The position numbers were made by a program, and so were the translations under genes. 64,000 nucleotides of DNA from Deltaproteobacteria bacterium (GTDB lineage: Bacteria > Myxococcota > Kuafuiibacteriia > Kuafuiibacteriales > Kuafuiibacteriaceae): positions 192,001 to 256,000 of the forward strand of contig JAVJQW010000023.1 of NCBI GenBank assembly GCA_040218735.1, in the 5' to 3' direction. The notes under the pieces were generated by a model. The model searched no databases. It saw only the letters and a list, made by a program, of their open reading frames with translations, and was not told the origin of the DNA. Below are positions 55,590 to 64,000 of this stretch, piece by piece (the stretch's first letter is position 1; each line of letters opens with the position of its first letter).

Positions 55590-57705
55590 TCTGAATCGTC
55601 TCGTCCGTGAGGTACTCGACCTCAGCGAGGACATTGTCGGGCGGGAACGCGGCATTCTCGATCCGCACCCCGAGCGCACCTTCGTCGAACACCCCCTGCG
55701 ACAGTGAGCCCCGCGGACTTCGCAGCACCGCCCCGGTTCCGAATGGGTAGCCGATCCGAAAGCCCATGAGGAACAGCCCGCCGTGCGCGACCGTCTCCAC
55801 GGCGCCGCCGGACTCACACGATTCGACGCGCGAGGGACGTCGTCGCACGGTCACGTCACCGACGTCGAGCGTCGTCACCCGCGTGCCCGACGGGTCCACG
55901 ACGAGCCCCGGACATCCGGTGACGTCGACCGAGAGGACGGTGGCGGTGAGCTGTCCGTCGCGCACGAGCAGGCCGCCGCAGAAGTCGTCGCAGGCGGTGC
56001 TCGTGCCGGTCTCGAGGTGCGCGTTGCTCAACGTGACGGTGTTGCCATGCGAGACGAACGCGCGGAGGCCCCCGAACACGGTGACACGATCGAAGTTCGT
56101 GCGACCGTCTCCGGATACGTCGATCCCGTCCTGTCCAGCGGCCGGATCCTGGACGAAGAGCTCCTGCACGGTGAGGTCGCCGCGGTTTCGGAACGTCACC
56201 GCCCCGGTCGGCCGCAGGAAGGCCGCGCTCATGACGACGAACTGCGCGTGAACGTCCGCGTCGACGAAGACCGCACGCGAGCCATCGACGGCCTCCGACT
56301 CGACACTCACGTAGTCGCCGAGCGTCGCCGTCCCCTCACCGAACAGCGTCGGACCGCGGCCACGAACACGCCACACACCTTGCGCCCCCAGGTTTGCGCC
56401 TCCGCGCAAGACGAACAGATCATCGACACCGATCACCGCGAGGCGCGTGGCCTGGACGTCGGCCTCGTCGATCGAGACCGACGCGTTGGGCCCGTAGGAG
56501 GCGGACTCGTTGATCCTCACCATGCTCCCCGCGCCGGCCGCCAGCGAAGCGTCGACGAACAAGGCCGAGCTCAACGTGACCTCGGCACCGAAGGCACCCA
56601 ACGCTCGGGTCCCCGGTGATCGAACGGTGAGGTGGTCGGCGATCAACTCCGCGCCGGCCGTCAGGTGAACGGCGCGCGCGCCGGTGGTCGCGATCGAGAC
56701 CTCGTGCAGCAGGAGCCGACCCGCGACGGTGAGGGCCTCCTCCGCGCCGCGGAGGAACGCGGAGCGAACCTCGGCGGCGACCCCGGTCGGCACGACGACT
56801 TCGCGCTCCACGGTCAGACGCGTTAGGAGCGTGTCGTCCGCCAAGCGCAACGGCGCACGAACGATGGAGCGCTCGGGGCACGCACCGACGATCGCCACCG
56901 AGGGCGGCGGCACGAGCTCGGCGGTGCTCGTGAAGACGCCGTCGGACAGCGCGACGGTGCCGCCCGGCGCCACACGTTGGAGCGCGGTCCGCAGGTCGAC
57001 GGGGTCGTCCTGAGCGCCGCTGCCCGATGCGTTGCCCCCGTCCACGCGGACGTAGATCGTGTTCGCGGGGAGGCCGTCCGCCCACGGGCCGGAGGGACAC
57101 GGTGGACCGAGCGGGTGACACGCCGAGTCGCCGACGAAGACCTCGCGATGTTCGGCGCACGCGGGGACGTCGCCTGCGAACGGAACGCACCACTCGAGCG
57201 CCTCCCAGTCGTCCGGGCACGAGGGCTGCGGAACTCTGAGGTGCACGGGGATCTTGACCGCTGGAGTCAGGCAGGGGCCGCACTGGCCCGTGTTCCAACA
57301 CCGCCCGGAGTCGACGCACGCCAACGGACCACCGAAGTCTGCGCGCACCAAGTCGGCCCAGCTCGCGGGCGCTCGCCACCGCTCATCGCCGTCGAGATCG
57401 TAGTGAACGCCCGAGATGACGCCGAGCGCCGGCTCGCCGGCCATCGTGACCGGCCCGAGCTCCCAGCCGTAAGCCTCCGGGGGCCGATCGAGGAAGACGA
57501 CCTCGACCCGGCTGATGTCGCGCGCCGAGATCGCGGGGAACGTGGTCTCGGCCTGGGCGTCCGCGACGTAGACGAGGTTCGGCGCGACGCGGCCCTCTAC
57601 GCCGAACATGACGACCTCGGTCAGGGCGTTGTCGGGCACCGCGGGTCGCGGGACCTCCAAGGGCCCGCACGCGCAGACGAGCCCGAGCAACACGACGCGG
57701 CGCAC
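55579..57705 (-). CDS. Large Cys-rich lipoprotein with beta-helix region
   Basis: RRVVLLGLVCAC lipobox; IYVRVDG...GSGAQDDP...ALQRV...VALSDG pectin-lyase-like cap. Confidence 0.65.
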   Translation of the reverse strand: MRRVVLLGLVCACGPLEVPRPAVPDNALTEVVMFGVEGRVAPNLVYVADAQAETTFPAISARDISRVEVVFLDRPPEAYGWELGPVTMAGEPALGVISGVHYDLDGDERWRAPASWADLVRADFGGPLACVDSGRCWNTGQCGPCLTPAVKIPVHLRVPQPSCPDDWEALEWCVPFAGDVPACAEHREVFVGDSACHPLGPPCPSGPWADGLPANTIYVRVDGGNASGSGAQDDPVDLRTALQRVAPGGTVALSDGVFTSTAELVPPPSVAIVGACPERSIVRAPLRLADDTLLTRLTVEREVVVPTGVAAEVRSAFLRGAEEALTVAGRLLLHEVSIATTGARAVHLTAGAELIADHLTVRSPGTRALGAFGAEVTLSSALFVDASLAAGAGSMVRINESASYGPNASVSIDEADVQATRLAVIGVDDLFVLRGGANLGAQGVWRVRGRGPTLFGEGTATLGDYVSVESEAVDGSRAVFVDADVHAQFVVMSAAFLRPTGAVTFRNRGDLTVQELFVQDPAAGQDGIDVSGDGRTNFDRVTVFGGLRAFVSHGNTVTLSNAHLETGTSTACDDFCGGLLVRDGQLTATVLSVDVTGCPGLVVDPSGTRVTTLDVGDVTVRRRPSRVESCESGGAVETVAHGGLFLMGFRIGYPFGTGAVLRSPRGSLSQGVFDEGALGVRIENAAFPPDNVLAEVEYLTDETIQIIE

Positions 57706-57772
57706 GGGTCGAATGTACACAAAACGCAGGCCGAGTTGACGTCGGATCCTGCGTGGCGTCCGATGGTCGCGC

Positions 57773-59148
57773 ATGGAACGCGAACCGAACTGGTACGAGC
57801 GGTACGACGCGACGCACATCATCAAGGTCCGGCTGCGGCTGGTCGATGTCCCCGGGACGTTCGGCCGGGCGCTGGAGGCCATCGGCGCGCTCGGCGCGAA
57901 GATCGGTGACATCTCGTTCGTGGGGGTCGACGGCCCCCACAAGCTCCGCGACGTTCAGCTGTTCTTCGTCGACGAGGCGCACGAGAAGGAGTGCATCGAA
58001 GCGCTCGCGATCGACGGCGTCGAGGTCGTCTCCGTCGTGGACGAAGTGATGGAGATGCACCGGGGCGGCACCATCGAGACCCGCTCGCGCGTCCGCCTCG
58101 ACACGTTGATGGATCTCCGCATGGCCTACACGCCGGGCGTCGCGCGGGTGTGTGAGCGCATCGCCAAGGACCCCGAAGCCGCGAAGGAGTTCACGACCGT
58201 CCAGAACAAGATCGCGATCGTCACCAACGGCACCGCAGTCCTCGGCCTCGGCGACATCGGCGCCCTCGCGGGGCTCCCGGTGATGGAGGGCAAGGCGGCG
58301 ATCCTGTCGCGCTTCGTGAACGTGTGGGCGGAGCCGATCCTCGTCGACGCGAAGGACCCCGCGACGATCGTCGAGACGGTCGCGAACATCGCGTCGGGGT
58401 ACGGGGCGATCCAGCTCGAGGACATCGCGGCGCCCGCGTGTTTCGAGGTGGAGCGCGAGCTCCAGAAGCGCGTCGACAAGCCGGTGTTCCACGACGACCA
58501 ACACGGCACCGCGACGGTCTGCGTCGCGGGGTTGCTCGGCGCGCTGAAGAAGACGAAGCGCGAGATCGAAGGTGTGAAGGCGGTCGTGCTCGGCGCGGGC
58601 GCGGCCGGCGCCGCGATCGCGCGGTTCCTCGTGCAGCTCGGCGTGGAGGACGTGGTGCTCTGCGACTCGACCGGCGCGCTCTACGACGGGCGCACGGAGC
58701 GCATGAACGAAGAGAAGGAGCGGCTCGCGAAGGAGACCAACGCGAAGGGCGTGCGTGGCTCGTTGGAGGAGGTGATGGCGGGGCGCGACCTCTTCATCGG
58801 CGTGTCGAAGCCGAAGCTCGTGACCAAAGAGATGGTGCGCTCGATGGCGAAGGACCCGATCGTCTTCGCCCTCGCGAACCCGGTGAGTGAGATCAGCGTG
58901 CACGACGCGCTCGACGCCGGCGCAGCGGTCGCGCTCGACGGCCGAGGCATGAACAACGCTCTCGCCTACCCGGGGCTCTTCCGCGGCGCGCTCGACGCCC
59001 GCGCGAAGAGGATCACGCCGCGGATGATGAGGGCCGCCGCCGAAGCCCTCGCCGAGCGCGCGGACGACTCGCTGCTCCCCGACATGCTCGACGACGGCGT
59101 GCACCGCGCGGTGGCCGACGCGGTGCGGGACGCGTGGGATCAGCCCGC

Positions 59149-59152
<4 letters not shown>
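57773..59152 (+). CDS. NAD(P)-dependent malic enzyme with N-terminal ACT domain
   Basis: AYTPGVA, TNGTAVLGLGDIG, PVMEGK, QLEDI, FHDDQHGT, GAGAAG and NNALAYPG motifs. Confidence 0.93.
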
Positions 59153-61449
<2,297 letters not shown>

Positions 61450-61479
61450 CGAAGGGTGGCCTTACCAACGGCACCCCCC

Positions 61480-61521
61480 AAAAGAAAAGGGCCGCGACCC
61501 CACCACGGTGTCGCGACCCCT
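61480..61521 (-). terminator. Rho-independent terminator
   Basis: Minus strand GGGTCGCGAC-loop-GTCGCGGCCC followed by TTTTCTTTT, downstream of 61560-62303. Confidence 0.8.
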
Positions 61522-61559
61522 CTCGGTGTTCACTCGCCCGGAGGCGAAAATCGAATGGC

Positions 61560-62303
61560 TCAGGCGGAGAGCATGCGGCCCACGTGGTACGCCGTGGCGT
61601 ACATCGGGGGCATCGCGTTCAGCTCGGCGTTGTCGAGGCCCGCGGCGCCGCTGTCACGACGACGGATGTTCGCGCTGTGGATCGCGACCGCGCGGTCGAT
61701 GTCGCCGCCGCCGATGTGGCCGCCGGCCTTCTCGGTGCCCTTCGCGGTGGCGTAGAGCGCACGCGCGAGGAACGCGACGTTCGCGTCCGCACCCTGCAGC
61801 GCCGAAGCGACCTCGGCCGGAGCGAGGCGGCCGTTGCCCATCGCGCCCTTGAGGACGTCGGCGGCGGCGTTCAGGCCGGCGAAGAGGATGTCCTTCGACT
61901 TGCGGCCGGGCTGCGGCGTCGCGAGGACCTTGTCCATCTTCGCGGACTGCACGAGCTGGTCGACGATCGGCCCGAGGAGCGCGAGCTCGGCCTTCGACAG
62001 GCCGTTGTTGAGGCCGTCCTTGCGGGCGGCGCCGTCGGCGATGTCGAGCATCGTCGCGAGGAACTCACGGCCGGCCTTCACGTCCGCGGACGTGACGGTC
62101 CCGCCCATGCCCTCGGCGGCCTTCAGCTCGCCGAAGACGGAGCCGATGAGCTGAGCCTCGTCCTGACGGCCGGCCTTGTAGGCGGCTTCCTGCGCGGCCT
62201 TGGCGTCGGCGCCCGAGAAGCGCTTGTCGCCGGACTGGTTCGAGATCTGCGAGGCGATCTTGTCGTAAGCGCCGAGGACGGTCTGGTGACTGATGCGTGC
62301 CAT
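61560..62303 (-). CDS. Ala/Gly-rich protein with internal duplication and degenerate EF-hand-like loops
   Basis: Strong RBS, own terminator, strongly biased codons; six G.(I/L/V)S..(D/E)-like motifs. Confidence 0.75.
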   Translation of the reverse strand: MARISHQTVLGAYDKIASQISNQSGDKRFSGADAKAAQEAAYKAGRQDEAQLIGSVFGELKAAEGMGGTVTSADVKAGREFLATMLDIADGAARKDGLNNGLSKAELALLGPIVDQLVQSAKMDKVLATPQPGRKSKDILFAGLNAAADVLKGAMGNGRLAPAEVASALQGADANVAFLARALYATAKGTEKAGGHIGGGDIDRAVAIHSANIRRRDSGAAGLDNAELNAMPPMYATAYHVGRMLSA

Positions 62304-62358
62304 GGTTTGGTTCTCCCTTTGGTTTCCTTGGTGTTGGTCGTGATTGGTTTTTGCGGCT

Positions 62359-62781
62359 CTACATGTTGGCGGCGCGTAGCGCGAGCATGCCCTGGGGCCT
62401 GTCGAGCAGACGGCCCAAGCGTTCCAGCAGGGTCACGTCACCTTCGAAGTAGTAGCCACTGTCGACGTCCTGCCCGGCGAGGAACCGCGCGAACGCCTCT
62501 TTCTTGAAGCCCGCCACGAGGTCGGCGCCGAAGTCGTTCTCCGCCTTCACCGCCTCCGCGACGTCGTCCTGTCCGAAGTGGATCGTCCACGAGCCCACCT
62601 CGAACACCCAGAAGCAGATCGTCCCGCGGTGCCGCTGGTACGCCAGGCGGTTCTTCGCGAGCATCTCGGGTACGACCCGCTCGAAGAAGTCGGGTGCGGT
62701 GAACTGATCCTCGGGAGCGACGGTGCGACGCGGCTTCGTCCTGCGGCGACTGGCGTCGGCCTTTCTGAAACTCGACCTCAT
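62359..62781 (-). CDS. SCP2 sterol/lipid-binding domain protein
   Basis: GSWTIHF, ADLV and EGDVTLLERL pattern. Confidence 0.6.
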   Translation of the reverse strand: MRSSFRKADASRRRTKPRRTVAPEDQFTAPDFFERVVPEMLAKNRLAYQRHRGTICFWVFEVGSWTIHFGQDDVAEAVKAENDFGADLVAGFKKEAFARFLAGQDVDSGYYFEGDVTLLERLGRLLDRPQGMLALRAANM

Positions 62782-62906
62782 CGTCGTCCCCCCTCCTCGT
62801 ATCCCCGCCAAGTGACCCTTTTGGGTCATTCGCGGGTAGTGAAGGTGTTATCGGGGAGACTTCGCAGAAGTTGTGCGTTTCTGCCTACACCTGAACACCT
62901 GGTGCT

Positions 62907-64000
62907 TCAGTGCCAGACGCCAAGTGACAACAGGATGTTGGTGTAGCGGGGCGCGAGGTCGATCGCCCAGGTCGCGCGCCAGGGGATCACGAAATCGAAC
63001 AGGTGTACGTCCATGCCGGCCGTGACGTGGTGGCGGCCGTCCGTCTCCTGGAAGCGCGACGGCTCGTAGTAGTACCCGATCCGACCACGCATCCGGTCTT
63101 GCCAGAACTCGCTGTCGGCCCCGACGCGGAAGCTGACCGAGAGGTCTTCGCCGGCGGCCTGGAGGGTGTCGGTCGCCCAGGCTTCGAAGCCGGTCGCCTT
63201 GTCGCTCGCGCCGGTGAAGACGAGGTCGGCGGAGAGGGTCACGTAGCGCCGCGCGCGGTTCACGGCGGCGCGCCCCTGCACCCCGCCGAAGCTGCGGTTG
63301 TAGTTCTTCCAGCGCGGCCCGATCGTCCCGGAGGCGCCGAGCGTGACCTGCCACGGGACCTCCAGACCGCGCACCAGCGTCACGCCGGCCGGCGTCTGTT
63401 CCACGAGCACTTCGCGCTGGCCGTAGATCAGGCCGGTCGCGAACGAAGCACCGACTCGGAACGGCAGCCCCTCCGGTCTGTAGATCGCGCCGCCGGTGAA
63501 GCCGATTCCACTCAAACGAAGGAGGTCGACGTTCTCTTCGAGCGTCGCCAGCGCGAACTGCACGCCGCCGCCCACGACGAGCTGCCCGTTGAGGAAGTTG
63601 TAACCCGCCGTCGGGGCGATCTGATACGCGGTGTACGAACGCCCCTCGTCGAGGAAGCTGTAGCTCACCGCCGAAGCCGTGAAGCCGACGCCGAGCCGAC
63701 CGAAGTTCAGCGCGAGCGCGGTCGAGATCTCGGCGATGTCGTCACCGCCGCCGTCGTCGGTCGACAGGCCGTTGTTCTCGAGGTCGATCCGGAACGGGAC
63801 GACCTGCGTGAAGAAGCCATCGATCTCGAAGTCCCAGTCGAAGTACGTGTCCGGGTTGTACTCGTAGCGGTTCGCCACCGCCGCCGGGTTGAACTGCTGC
63901 GCGCCGGCCCCCGCCGCCATACTCGTGATGGCCCCCGCCATACCGACGATCTGCGCGGGCCCCGTGACCGGGCCGCGCGTCAGCTCGACCGCGTAGGACT
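62907..64000 (-). CDS. Outer-membrane beta-barrel protein, FadL-like (partial, 5' end outside window)
   Basis: GMAGA...NPAA N-terminal motif, RGRIGYYYEPS and C-terminal LSLGVW. Confidence 0.7.
   Translation of the reverse strand, partial: SYAVELTRGPVTGPAQIVGMAGAITSMAAGAGAQQFNPAAVANRYEYNPDTYFDWDFEIDGFFTQVVPFRIDLENNGLSTDDGGGDDIAEISTALALNFGRLGVGFTASAVSYSFLDEGRSYTAYQIAPTAGYNFLNGQLVVGGGVQFALATLEENVDLLRLSGIGFTGGAIYRPEGLPFRVGASFATGLIYGQREVLVEQTPAGVTLVRGLEVPWQVTLGASGTIGPRWKNYNRSFGGVQGRAAVNRARRYVTLSADLVFTGASDKATGFEAWATDTLQAAGEDLSVSFRVGADSEFWQDRMRGRIGYYYEPSRFQETDGRHHVTAGMDVHLFDFVIPWRATWAIDLAPRYTNILLSLGVWH

Overview
A GC-rich bacterial chromosomal segment. Its gene content (three Ser/Thr kinases, PEGA/TPR proteins, RDGG-repeat lipoproteins, several sigma54-type promoters) suggests a Myxococcota/deltaproteobacterial genome; this is inferred, not proven. 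About 55 CDS are supportable, including housekeeping genes (dnaJ, queF, TrmH, Crp/Fnr, malic enzyme, RND pair, GH3, ECF sigma/anti-sigma). Highlights: (1) a two-gene module at 41468-43368: a 50-aa Pup-like protein ending in GGE, translationally coupled to a PafA/Dop-family enzyme with a transmembrane insert and no proteasome, ARC or Dop genes in the window, i.e. a candidate membrane-associated ubiquitin-like tagging system; (2) an integrase-less integron cassette array (CALIN, about 24.1-30.3 kb, minus strand) with clear attC sites, carrying an Mrr-like nuclease, a DUF4258/DUF2283 toxin-antitoxin pair, AlkB-like and UPF0489 genes; (3) a protein-glutaminase-domain effector-like protein with a coupled small partner gene; (4) an alpha-oxoamine synthase-GNAT fusion; (5) an orphan IucA/IucC-like ligase; (6) shared promoter/operator motifs linking separate genes. 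All family calls come from motif recognition by eye; no database searches were run.
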